A stretch of 53,691 nt of DNA, counting the filler, from Bipalium vagum (lineage: Eukaryota): the NCBI GenBank assembly GCA_037834085.1. It is 3 parts of 3 records of this genome, joined end to end, with 100 filler letters (N's around TTAATTAATTAA, not from the genome) between each part and the next. Parts side by side here need not be neighbours in the genome. Positions count along the whole stretch, not along the records: positions 16,945 to 34,486 come from JBBMKC010061338.1; positions 34,587 to 53,691 come from JBBMKC010010070.1; 1 more part is not named here. One strand, 5' to 3'. The notes beneath the pieces were generated by a model that was not told the origin of the DNA, ran no database searches, and worked only from the letters and a program-made list of their open reading frames with translations. Shown piece after piece: positions 25,101 through 37,679 of this stretch (positions within the stretch are counted from its first letter, which is position 1; each line of letters opens with the position of its first letter). Position numbers and translations under genes: made by a program.

Positions 25101-28100
25101 TTCTAGTTTATAAAATTATTAAAAAATTGTATATTTTTTAAAATTAAAGTTTATCTTGGTATTTTGTATTTCAATAAAAAATTTCCACAAATTCAAATTG
25201 TTTAAATTGTGACCGTGATGACCTAGTTCCTTGTGCCGCGCGATTACATAAACCTTCGGTTTAGGTACCTTGAGATATCAAGCAATTTGAATTTAATGTT
25301 TTCCCCTTCTATACATTGCCAAAATATCAGATCGCTCATTTGTCATCTATTAACAAAAATATTAAGAAATCAATTGAAATTAATCAATATACATTCATTA
25401 GATTGGAATTCGTATATTACGCTGACATAAAAAACATTATTCATGTAGTAAAACAAAGTGCTTATATAATGTTTTGAAGTTTGTCTGATTTGTTTTGAAA
25501 CACCTTGTAATTAAAAATAGTAAAACCAAAGAGAATTAAGAAATAAAATGTCAGAATTTTGATACAAGCAGAAATATTACGAATTCCAAGGAAGATTGTT
25601 AAAAGACCTCCAATTATATTCAAATGAGTGGATAATCTGGTTTTACAACTTCAAAATCTTTGAAAGATAATTATATTAAGATATTTTGTGATAATGACTT
25701 TAGACAGGGTTTCTCAAACATTTTCAATTCTATATTTTTTCTCATCAATTTTCCTTTCAGGATCTAAGTAGAACAGTAGTTAAAATTTGATAACCAAATC
25801 AATACTGTCCCTCTTTTAATGTGATGTTGCAGAAGCAATTATAAATTAAATGACCAAGAACTTTATTGTTGATTAATTAAAGACCAAGTGGAGTACTTCT
25901 CTCAAAATTCTAATTACCCAACACAAACAAACCTAAGCAAAATTTACAAAGGTTGCGGTTTTACAAAAATATTATTTTATTATTTACAAATATTTTTTCA
26001 CAAGCAATTAAAAGGAATCGGTTTACAAAGCTTTAACTGTGTATTTCCACAGTCTTCTTACTTTTACCTTTATTTTTATTTTTATTTTAAACTATCAGAA
26101 ACTTTAACGACTCAAGGAAGCCCAGAATGGTCTTAGGAAAGACTCTTCTGCACCTAATGGTGTTGAAAATAGGAAATTGGAGCAACGTAAAAAAGTATGA
26201 ATTTTAAATAAACCTGGAATAGTAAAGAAAAAGACTTTGTGTTTAATGTCAATTGTTAACCTTACAGCTTGGAGGTAATTATCAATTGATTTTGATAATT
26301 TAATAAAAATTAGAATCCCCTGATAAATTAAAAGGAATTTATGATAAATTAATGACAAAAGAAGAAGGATTTACTTTATTACTATCAAAATGAGCTTGCC
26401 GCCATTTTAAGGTTTAATGATTTATTACTTAAATTATGATTTTCTTGATAAATATTATGAAAAAATTATTTGGGTTCAATACTCAATTTGATCAATAACG
26501 CACAACGATCAATTCTTTGATGACCTAAAGTTCAATAAAATATATATTGTATGGCTCTTCCCAGAGTTGAATCATTTAATGCCAGACTTTGTTTTCAAAT
26601 TTGAAAATCCCTGTGATCTTTGAAAGGTTGGAATCTTTCTCATTTATTATTTTTATTTCGTTTGGTGTGTATTTTAGTTTTGGATGTATTGATGAACTGC
26701 CCTCCTTTTATGGAGCTTGAATTTTTATATAAAAATATTTAGTAACAAGTGTTTTATATAGTAACATCTTTACAAAGTTATTCACAATTTATTAACAGAA
26801 AAGAAATTATTTTTTCTATTTTTTATTATTCATTAATAGAAAGTTAATTAATTGAGATTTATTATTTTAATTAATTATTTATTAATTTTTATAACTGTTA
26901 TTTCTATTGTTATCTATGTTTTCTTAAAGCATTTGGAAGTGAAGAAAGATACAATCAAAATAAGAGATGTATTACAAGCATACCAAAATATGTTGATCAT
27001 ATAAAATTGGTTCTTGCATGGATCACTGGTCAAGATCTTCGATTAATCATTTTAAAGGTCAATTATTTCTGTTTGCCTCAGTCATTGGTTTGGATTCTTG
27101 TCAATGACTTTCTTCGCTTTGGCCCTATAAACCAATTTCACCTTTGTAAGGGGGTTTTTTAGTCAGTTGTGATTGTCTCCACAATATATAGAAAAGACAA
27201 TGTTTCTGAACCTTAGATTTATTTAAAAATAAGAACAACTTAGTAAAATTAAAGTTTCATTTTGAAGAGATTGTTTTATGATTTTATATCTGTAACAATA
27301 GATTTCGTTTGGAAAAAATGAAAGACCAGTGCGACATAGACCTTTTTATATTAAACCTTGGTTGATTTTGAGAAGTCTTTTCAGGAGATAAATGTATCAA
27401 ATTTCTGGTGAACGGAAAAGTTATGTAGTGGAAAATGGTGCTTGTGGGCCATTCGAAAGATTCATCTTTTTAAAATTAAAATAAAAATTAAATAAATTAT
27501 GTTTTTAAATTATTCTTTTCATCGAATTTGGCTAACAAGGTCATTTTACCTTAATCAATTTTTTAATTGTTTAAATTTTTAAAATATTTTTGATTATTAA
27601 GTTCTTAAAAATTGACCCTCCAAAGCTATGACATCTTTCAACAGCAAAATCTGGCAAATAAAATTTTTTAATAATATTATTAGTGCTTATTATAAATTTT
27701 TTAAAATTATATTGATTTTTTAAAAATATTTGGATCTCTGAATTTTTTCTCTTTGTAATTTATTTTTTAATTTTTTTCCAACATATTCAACATATACAAC
27801 AATTAATTCTGTTTAGATTATATTTTTCAGAATTCGCACAATCAATATAAAATATTTTTAAAATATTAAACCAACATCCATGGGGAATTTTTGCTTAAAG
27901 AATACAAAAATAATTAGCTGCCATGAAATAATATTTTTTATTTAAATTACAACGACCTGTTAGTTAAATGGAAATATGTAATTAAATAATATAATATTTC
28001 TTGATTCAAAAGAGAGCTTTCATAAAATATTATTTATAAAATCCATAACTAATGGGACTTAGCAAAACACAGGCTTTTTCTTCTCCATTATTTTTTTGAA

Positions 28101-28366
28101 AAATTAATAATTAACTAAAAAATCTTTTAAATATATACTTATATTAAATAATCTCTTGAGTTATCTAAATTAAGGAATGAATATAAATATTTTAATTACT
28201 TAATTATTACTTAATTTAATATTTTAATGTAAAACAACAAATAAAAGTGAGACAATAAAATACCTAATTTCGGAACCCGCGTGTAAGGTGATTGGTTTGA
28301 TTCCCTAAGTTTGAGATTAAGAAAACAAACCTTTATTCAAAGGCTAACTGGTAGTTACATAAAATA

Positions 28367-28946
28367 TTGGGTTGATCAATAAGCCAGGGAGTTATTTTTA
28401 GTAGTTTTAATAGTTTTCGTTTTTTCGTATCAATACAATTTAATTATACATCATAATTCACAATTAATTGTCTATTTACATAAAAAACAAAAACATAAGT
28501 ACAGCTTGACCCTCATTTTTAAACTTATCGTCTTTTTGGTGGAATCAAAAACTTTGAAATGAGATTAAGAGATTCTATCCAACAGAAACGTTCTGAGCTG
28601 GTAATTTGAAAGGAGTGGTCTATCACCATCCTAACGCAAGACCACAAATGAGTTTGATCATTCCCCCAAAAATGGTCGAACTTTGATGGGATATTTTGCA
28701 AAATCCACCCTATAGTACAGGCCTTGCGCCCCCTAATTTCCATTAGTTTCAGTCCCTGAAAATGTACTCTTTTCAGAGTAAAAATGGAGACTTCTATCTG
28801 CCAAGAATAATGAAGCTAGAACAGAGATGACAGATGGTGATTGATCAAAATGGGGTATATATAATAGATTAATGTTGATTTTCTTATATTAAATAAATGA
28901 GCCTAAACTGTGCAATAAAAATACACTGACGTATTGAACAATCCAA
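28367..28946 (+). mobile_element. Internally deleted mariner with TIRs and TA duplication
   Basis: TA|TTGGGTTGATCAATAAG ... CGTATTGAACAATCCAA|TA; internal WDILQNPPYSTGLAPPNFH and the C-terminus MKLEQR*QMVIDQNGVYIID*. Confidence 0.8.
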
Positions 28947-29689
28947 TATTATGTTTTATTTTTTTTGCATTTTTGTTATATTTTCCTTTGAAATCATGTC
29001 TAATAAATGTATTGTGCGAGAATTTTGATTCAAACCTAATAGTGATAATTAATTTTACATCAATTTTTAATCAAATAGCTTCATCTTCCATAACAAGGCA
29101 ACGAAAAAATTTCTTGAAACATATCCAGCAGGCGTTTTTACAAGGTTTGGAAGTACCATACAAAAACCACTAGCCATGTGAAAATCAATTCGTGTTAGGT
29201 CTCGTGAAAAGGGCTTATGAGATAAAATTTTCTATAAAATTATTATCAAAGTTCCGTCGAAATATTGGTTCAAGAACCATGTAATTACTTCGTAATTATC
29301 ATAATGTACTTTTATCTTCTGAAAAAGAACAGTGAATAGATAAATAATGAAATTCTGAGTAGTCAAATGTAATTAAATTTTACAATTTTTGTAGGAAATT
29401 GGTTCATCATTACATGGTTAACTTTGGCAACTGATTTAAATTGGTGATTATATTAATTAATATAAAAAACGGGAAATAATTTGACAACTTAATAATATAA
29501 CAGACAAAAAAATACATTAAAAATAAAGAAAAATATTATAAAAAATCCAAAATAAATAAGAAACAAATTTTAAAACGTCAAAAAATATTTTTTAATTTTT
29601 TGCAACAAATTTTATTTTATAACAAAATATGATATGTTAAATTTTGTTTAAGTTTTTAATTGTTTTAATAAAATAATATAATTGCGTAA

Positions 29690-30188
29690 TGTCAATCGAA
29701 GTAATGTCAATGAAATCATTAATTTCAATGAGACAACATTTAAGAAAGTTGAAATGGAAAACAATGGAGAACTTTGTCAGAGAATAAGATAAAAAATTAT
29801 TTTTACAACAGGATGGATTCGTAGCTTGAAGTTAGAAATTTTTGAACAACGTTTTTCATGGAAAGTGGATTGAGAAAGCAGGACTAGTCTATTGGGCTGT
29901 GTGATCATCAGATCTTTCTTTCATTGGGGATATCTAAAGTCAAATGTTTATACAAGAAGACCAAAGAGTCTAACAGGCTTGACATATGCAAATACATAAA
30001 AGAAATTTTAAAATGCTGAGTTCTTGATATTATCGATTACCTCATTGTACACGTATTAGTGTTTATGAATGTCCTGTTGAGAAATATTAATTTTAATTTA
30101 TTTCATTGTGTCAAAAATTTCAGTTATATCAAGTATATCTTAACAATATCACATTTTAAAATCTGTTACTTACATTTTACACATCCTT
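29690..30188 (+). mobile_element. DD41D-like transposase 3' remnant
   Basis: LQQDG, FHGKWIEKAG..YWAV*SSDLS, WGYLKSNVYTRRPKSL; TIR-like end ...TTTTACACATCCT|TA. Confidence 0.6.
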
Positions 30189-30899
30189 ATATTTTAAGTC
30201 AAAACTAAATTTTGATTAGGAAATGTTTTAGAACCAAAAAGCTATTTTTTATAATTTTCAATAGTGAAATTTTATTTCATATTTTATAATTGACCTTTTA
30301 AGAAAACCTAAATATAAATATTGCATAATTATCTTTTCCCAGATATACAATTAAATTATCACCAAACAAACCTGGATAATATTTAATCGATTTCAGATTA
30401 ATAATTATTTCAATAAAATTTACATTTGAATTTAGTAGTTGAAAATTATACAGAACTTATCCATAAACTAATATATACATTTTAAGTAAGTAATAATTAT
30501 AATTTATTTTTAATTAAATTATTATTTTAAAATAAAAGTATTTGATCAAATAAACTTTGAAATATTTAAAATATCCATTTTATTTTTTAAAATTTTCTCT
30601 TTAATGCACAAATGATTTTTTTATAAGAAATAAAAGTTTATTTTATTTGAGGTCGTAAATTTGATTTAACTTAACTTAATTAAAAATCTAGGATTTATCA
30701 AATAATCTTGTACAGAGCTTAAATATGAGAAATATAAATAAACTGTATTTCACAACATATTTCTATTGGAAATTAATGAAACTTTTCTTTAGATAATGAA
30801 TTAATGAATATTTTAATTTTTAATAAATATTTAATTGATAAACATAGTAAATAAATTGAGTAAATAAAAGCCTTCCGTTTTATAATCAAGTATGCTTAA

Positions 30900-31760
30900 A
30901 TCACAGATAACTTAGAGTCTTTATGAAAGATAGATGCCATGATGGAACTTTCCAATGCCGAACCTTTTTCTTAATCCTAAGAAACAAAAGTCATGCCTTA
31001 GATCTAACTAGGAATTTTTAAAATTCAATCTCAGAAATGTTAACTCTTCTAGGTCATAAAAAGATCTTTATTAATTTTCGTGGTATTTTTTTTCAACAAT
31101 GTTTCTTCTCATTTTTCTAAAAGAATAGATTTTCAACCTCACCCATTTTCATATAGGTCTACTAAACGTGAATATCAATGAAATCTGGTAACCGCATAAC
31201 GTTCAGTTTTCTGATCTTATATATCTGATCTTACAATATGCATTCTGCGAGATTATGTAAATGAAATTTTCAAGCTCATTTGCTTCCAGGCTAATTTTAG
31301 ACCAAAAGAAGTAACAAATAATGAATTTTAATCTGTCCGCTCAAAGCTCGGTATATTTTTCGTTTTATTTTATATCTTATGATATCAGAATGGTGTAAGA
31401 TAACTGAGCTTTCTAATTATAATTTTCTCAGGATTTTCTCGGAAATTCAAGAGATTCGTCATGTAGCTCCTTTCCTGGTGGTTATTATCACATTGAATCA
31501 TAGATTTTAGTTATAACCTTTTAGTTATCTTTGAATTTTCTATATTTATGTCATAACAGACCTGACTACCAATGTTCTTTAATTATAAAGATAATTATCA
31601 TCATTTATGATTTAAATTGAATTTTCCTGGAAAATTCCCAATTATAGTCACTTCTGCCCTATTCTAAATTCATTCCAAACCTTCTGGATAACCAAAAAGG
31701 TTTTAATCAAAATTTATAAGAATACTGAAATCCAAACCAATATTTAGAAGAGTAATGACC
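30900..31760 (-). mobile_element. Possible CR1/L2-like LINE reverse transcriptase remnant
   Basis: Highly decayed fragments NRAEVTII and RSYMTNLLNF (consensus WKxAxVxPI; GRSCxTNLLxF). Confidence 0.35.
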
Positions 31761-32137
31761 CATTGTGTATATTCTCATTATCGCAATTAAAATGGATAGT
31801 TAAAGACGTTTTATGTGATAGAATTTATATTTAAATTTTAAGGTTTTTGCTATGTATTTTTAGAGGAATTTATTTAACTTAATCATGTGATTAATTTTTT
31901 GATAATGAAGATGTACCTTTTTGTTTTCTTTTCAATTAAATCAGAAATAAAAATCCTAACTATTCTTTTTTCTTTTCTGATAACCTGACTTGGCAAATAA
32001 TTCCGCAGGTTTTTAAGACAGAAATTAAACTGTTTTTCATAGTTTGAAAAGGTAGTTTTAATAATTTTCATTTATGCATCACAAAATATGTTTTGTTTAA
32101 ATATTTTATTTTTTATCGAATATTTAAATAAATTAAT

Positions 32138-33060
32138 ATGAAAGATATTTATGTTAATCTCAATTATATTTCTTTGTATTACAGGGTGTCTCAAAAAATG
32201 TAGACACTTAAAATAGTTATAAATCAGACGTTTAATGAAATGCATTTTATTTCAAAATTGAATACAATGTGTGAAGAGAATCTTTTGAGATTCCTAGCTC
32301 AAGACTTCCTTGTCCCACAGAGGTTTGTGGACGTCGGTTAAATAATTCTAGTATTCTTTTTTCCTTTGTGGTAGTTGTCGATATTCTCCGTCTTCCAGAA
32401 CAGTTCTTTTTGACATTAATAATAGTTCCATTTTTTTGAATTTATCCTTTATTCAACTGATTGTCAGTCTTGTTAGATGATCTATCTGAACTTCTTTCTG
32501 AACAAGGTCTGTACCCCTTTTATGTTTTCAAACTTGAAGTAATTTTTAATAATAAATTGTCGCTGCTTACAGTTCAACCTACCTTTCATGATTCAACCTT
32601 TAAGAATAAATTTATAGATTTAAAATAGCAGTCATTTATTACCAGTTATTGGAGTATTTAAACAAACTATAAAACAAGTAATAAGGAGTTATAATTACTT
32701 AGTGATTAATATTTAAAGTTTGTATACACTTTTTTGATACACATTGTACTTTAAGAAGGGTAAGCAAGCTGCTAATGCTTACAAAAATTGTCATCGATAT
32801 TTATGATTTACAAACAGATATTGAGCGTCAGGAATGGTTTTCGAAATACAAACCTGGAACTTTTAATGTAAACTTGTCACATTTCTCCAGTCGTCCTAGC
32901 GAGATTAAGCCAAAACAATAATCAATGAAAATTCATACCGAACGGTTAAAGTGGTTAGAAAGACTAAAGATATCACACATTTCAAGAGAGTCATTTACTC
33001 AAAATAGGTTACGATTTACTTCTTAATAGGATACCTCACAAAACTAAGTGAAGCCAGATT
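32138..33060 (+). mobile_element. mariner 5' remnant interrupted by a nested element
   Basis: After removing 32182-32748 the frame reads MKDIYVNLNYISLYYFKKGKQAANAYKN. Later fragments QEWFSKYKPGTFNV, SSRPSEI, IPHK. Confidence 0.7.
32182..32746 (-). mobile_element. Internally deleted DD41D-type element with TIRs and TA duplication
   Basis: TIRs CAGGGTGTCTCAAAAAATGTAGACAC / CAATGTGTATCAAAAAAGTGTATACA, TA on both sides. Internal YFKFENIKGVQTLFRKKF...TRLTIS*IKDKF...SGRRR. Confidence 0.8.
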
Positions 33061-33683
33061 AATAATAATTTTATCTAAAAAATATTGTCTGAAAGTTATT
33101 ATGATTAGTTTAGAAAACAATACACTTGTGCTAAACTAGATTTATATAAAATTAAACTATTGCTTAATTAATATTTAAAAAATAAAAACGATGATAAATA
33201 ATTTAAAAAAGAAAATCCTTAAAATATAAATTATTAAAAAATATGTACTAGTTTGTAAAGTGGTTCAGTATTCTTACATAGTATGGTATGATATATACTC
33301 ACATTGATTAAAAAATCCATTCAGGAGAAAAAGACAAATTAGGTTTCCAAGCCATTGAGTATTCAAAAAATATTATTTTAATGAATAAACCATTTTAAAT
33401 GAAATCTTGATTTTGGTTTATATAATTTTTTATATATTGATGTTCTCCGAAATGTAGATAAAAACATATATAAAAAATGTATATTATTTTACGAAAAAAA
33501 TATATACATGTAATATGTAAAAGATGAAAATATAATATTATTAATTATTATATTTAATAATAATTATCAGGAAAAATAATGATGAATTTTCTGACTTCTA
33601 GAGTTTCACCACATAAAAAAATAATGAATAATAATATTCAAAAAATATATAAATAAGCTAATTTTTAAATTATTTCAATTATT

Positions 33684-33874
33684 NNNNNNNNNNNNNNNNN
33701 NNNNNNNNNNNNNNNNNNNNNNNNNNNNNNNNNNNNNNNNNNNNNNNNNNNNNNNNNNNNNNNNNNNNNNNNNNNNNNNNNNNNNNNNNNNNNNNNNNNN
33801 NNNNNNNNNNNNNNNNNNNNNNNNNNNNNNNNNNNNNNNNNNNNNNNNNNNNNNNNNNNNNNNNNNNNNNNNNN
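33684..33874. other. Sized assembly gap (191 N, no linker)
   Basis: Directly visible. Confidence 0.95.
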
Positions 33875-33945
33875 TATTCACATTCAAAATAAAAATACCG
33901 TACAATTTTTGTCGAAAAAACATTTTCATTTTCCTTATTTTTCAG

Positions 33946-34250
33946 CCAAACCGGACAAATTGACTTCTCAACAGCTGTCAAATTATATTTTCCAACCTCT
34001 GATGGAAGAGGACAACAATAATACGTTTTTCTACTTCAGTTCCAACAGAACAAATAAACACGAAGATAACGATCATAATTGCAATTGCTACAATGAATTT
34101 GTTAATCGTTACGCTGAATCCGATCAAAGTATGAATTTTCTTTCATTGCTCCACTGTCCAATCCATAACCAATTGACACCTCTTGTAAATAATTCTGACA
34201 ACAACGACTTTGTGGGCAATAATGTACCATCGTCTGACCCCAATAGATAA
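33946..34250 (+). CDS. Possible terminal exon of an unidentified gene (Asn-rich, no recognisable domain)
   Basis: Polypyrimidine acceptor TTCCTTATTTTTCAG at 33945, then about 100 stop-free codons with exon-like GC content. It sits on a short contig between gaps. Confidence 0.35.
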
Positions 34251-34486
34251 TCAGCATCATCGAGGAAAATGTCAACGAGTCCAACTTCATTTTCCATATG
34301 TGAACGGAAAAGATTCATAAAATGAAACAAACATTAAGAAAAATAATTGTACTTTTAATAAAATTTATTTTTCAATTTTCCATTTTTTTAAATTAATGTA
34401 TAAAAACGCATTTTCTCACGTTATTTTTACTAAAAATCAAAAAATAATTTCTCATCAGTGAAAAAGTAAAAAAATAATAAATGGTT

Positions 34487-34586
34487 NNNNNNNNNNNNNN
34501 NNNNNNNNNNNNNNNNNNNNNNNNNNNNNNTTAATTAATTAANNNNNNNNNNNNNNNNNNNNNNNNNNNNNNNNNNNNNNNNNNNN
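34487..34586. other. Artificial scaffold-joining linker (44 N + TTAATTAATTAA + 44 N)
   Basis: Identical structure to 16845-16944. Confidence 0.95.
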
Positions 34587-36530
34587 CTGCTGTCAACCGT
34601 ATTATTTAAACAACAAATGATTTTTTTAATTGATTATTTAATATTTTTAATAATCCTCACAATTTAAAAAGTAGGAATGAAATTTTAAAAATAAAATTAT
34701 TTTTTAAATTTAATAAAAAAATTAATTTCCAGGTCTGAGAAAATTTGTTTAAATATTATTTGTTATATCACTTAATAAAATATTCAAAAATGTCTTCTAT
34801 TTCTGACTACAAGCCGATTGATATTAACACAGCGTGTGAAATATAAACAATAAAAAGAAAAAGGTGATAGAAGTGGGAGTTTAAAAATTTATATAATCCT
34901 TAAGTCCTGGCCTGAGTATTTATTTACTTATTATATACTATGGTGCCTTGTCTGACAAGACACTCTTGCTTTATTAAATAAAAATGAAATATCAATTAGA
35001 GATTTTACTTTATTATTGACAATCGATGCTAGTCTTGTGAACCTTAGTTCCAAGCTAGTATTTATTATATTTTTTATTATATATTTTTTTTATAATAGAC
35101 TTTGATACTTGGAAGTAACTAGTTGCAAATATAAATATAAATAATATTTTATCAAATGACGAAATTGAATATGTGAATAAATAGTATCGCTATTATTACT
35201 TTAATTTTTAGTATTGGATACACAAAAGAACTTTGTTACACAAATGTAACAAGTCGATATTATAGAATAAAAAATAAAAATTACTTTTAAAAAAAATCAA
35301 AAGGGCATAGATTGAATATCTTTATTTTTATATTTTTTTGCTTTTTCGCTCTAGTTTGATGAGCTCTTTATATAATTGTCTCCTTGTAGACGAATTGGCT
35401 TGGTTTGTGAACTACTCGTGCTATAAGCGTTGGTTGTAGTACAATGTCGTAGGCTTGAGTACCGTATGAACTATCTACTTCAGTAGACCTGATATTCTGC
35501 TTGTCGTAGTTGGTTATAGTATAAACTTGTTTGGTTTATTTAGGATTGAACGTGGTATGAACTTCGTGTCCTGACTAGTGGTACAATTATTCAATCAGCT
35601 TTTTGGTTGTAAGCACTTGTCTGTTTAATTTCTGTTTGACGTAGTCTTATTCTCGTTTGTAGTCGAATTTTGCTTTCTTTTCCTTTTTATTTTTTGTCCC
35701 TCTTTATGCTTTTTCATTCCTTTTATCCTCTTTTTTATAAATAGTAACTTTCTTTTTCCTATTTTAACTCTACTGATTAACCTTATTTCTATTTTTAATA
35801 CCCCTTTAGTTTTTTACTATAGAATTTCCACCTATTTTTATTATTAGTAACTTTATGTTACTTTATTATAAATTTTCTTTATTTTATAAATAAATAATAA
35901 ATAATACAGCTGTTGATAATAATATAACTATAATAATTTATACATATTATTATTTTAATAATATTATTATTCCGCATGAAATTTTATATTACTTATGTAT
36001 AATTATTTCATTATTATATATTATTTCATTATCTATACAAATACTATAACGATATTAACATGATATTTCATTATATAGTTATTGGTTATTTATCATTTTA
36101 TTATTTATTAAGATCAATCAAGGACGATTTAAAATACATATATTTTTTATACTAAGGATATCAAATACACGGTTGAAGTTATGTTTGAAATAATGATCCC
36201 TCAAGATAAAGATTAATCAGATCAAAAATAAAAAAATCATCAAATACACAATTTTGTTTGAAGTAATGGTCACACAGGATAAAGATTATATACACAGGAT
36301 TACTAATGTTAACTAGTTTTTTAGCTTGGATTGGCTTTGACTTGGTCATCTTGAATTATTGGGAACGGAATTGGTTGACTTTGACTTGTTTTGTTTGCCT
36401 GGAGTCTCCACAATGGGAAGCATGATTTTCTTTTTCACCTGAAAGTGTCTAAAAATTAAATGTTTAGCCTGCCAATGCCAACAACAAAATATTATTCAAA
36501 TTGCTATCGATTAATCTTGACCTCAAATTT

Positions 36531-36650
36531 AAGATTTTTATAATATTCATCCTCATAAATTCTGACAAAATAATGTTTTTTGATTTATGTTTTAAAGCTT
36601 GGATCTCGGTTGATATTATGAATTTCTACACTTATCATTGACAATAATAT
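36531..36650 (-). repeat. Dispersed ~110-bp homologue of 45820-45934 (Polinton-region ORF fragment)
   Basis: The reverse complement AGTGTAGAAATTCATAATATCAACCGAGATCCAAGCTTTAAAACATAAATCAAAAAACATTATTTTGTCAGAATTTATGAGGATGAATATTATAAAAATCTT aligns along its length with 45833-45934. Confidence 0.8.
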
Positions 36651-37679
36651 TTTTTATCTTACTTTTTTGAGTCAACTTTTTTCCAGCTATACTTTTAACA
36701 TTTTAAATTACATTTTTCATTTGGTTGAACTTCGAAATCACTGTTGGTCTTTGGTCAAGATTAATTTAATATTTATGAATTTAATATTTCTTATGTTATA
36801 CAATTAGTTTTAGAATCTAGACTTACAGAGTGAGCTTTTAATTAGCCGAGCGTTTACGGGAGCACAGAAACCTTAATAACCAGTACTTTCGTTAAATTTA
36901 ATTAACATACTATATAGTTACAAAAGTAAACTAAAAATTAACATTACTTAGAGATTAAATTACTCATTTAAAACAAAAAATGCTGCAGCTATATCGAATG
37001 AGATCCCTTCCTTTTATTATTTTAATATTTTTTTAACATTCTTGTATTTCTTACTCTGTAGAGCTCTAGTACCTCGAACTCAAATTAACACGGAGCTACT
37101 GCCTCAAAATAATCAACCATCGTCGTCTTGTTTCTACATTTTGAATGTAATAATAAAAAATAATTAGTTACACGCTGACTATAACTATGATAAAGATATG
37201 AGAATTGAATAAAGTGTATTCTTTTTTTCTGAAATAAAACAAATATCAATATACTTTATTAATTTAATTATTTTTTCATCTTTTCAACTATTTGAATATT
37301 TGTTTTTTAGGAATCTTTAAAAAACGTATAAAAATAAATATTAATTAATTAATTCAAAAATAAAATCAGTTATCTGAAATATAAAATTAATAATTTTTAA
37401 TTATATATGATTTTTATTTGTAATGTAACTTTTAATATAAATTTTAAAAATATTTTTAAAAGGAATATTAAATGCATTAAATACTGATTGCAGTACTTTA
37501 AAACATTTTAATATGAAAATTTTAAATTAAACAAAATATTAATGTAAAAATCTAATTTAAATTAAAATAATTTTTAATAAAATAAATTTTAGAAAATTTG
37601 GTTGTAGTTTTTTAAACTTGTTTGACCTGTCATTTAAAAATCTTGTTTCAATCAGTACACATAAACTAGATTTTTTAAA

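Noticed and set aside
35230-35900. Possible solo LTR
   Set aside because: No matched TG...CA ends with a TSD and no second copy in the window.
36300-36967. Minus-strand gene divergent from PRKCSH (splice-like sites near 36441, 36825, 36871, 36910)
   Set aside because: No stop-free multi-exon model could be built by hand.
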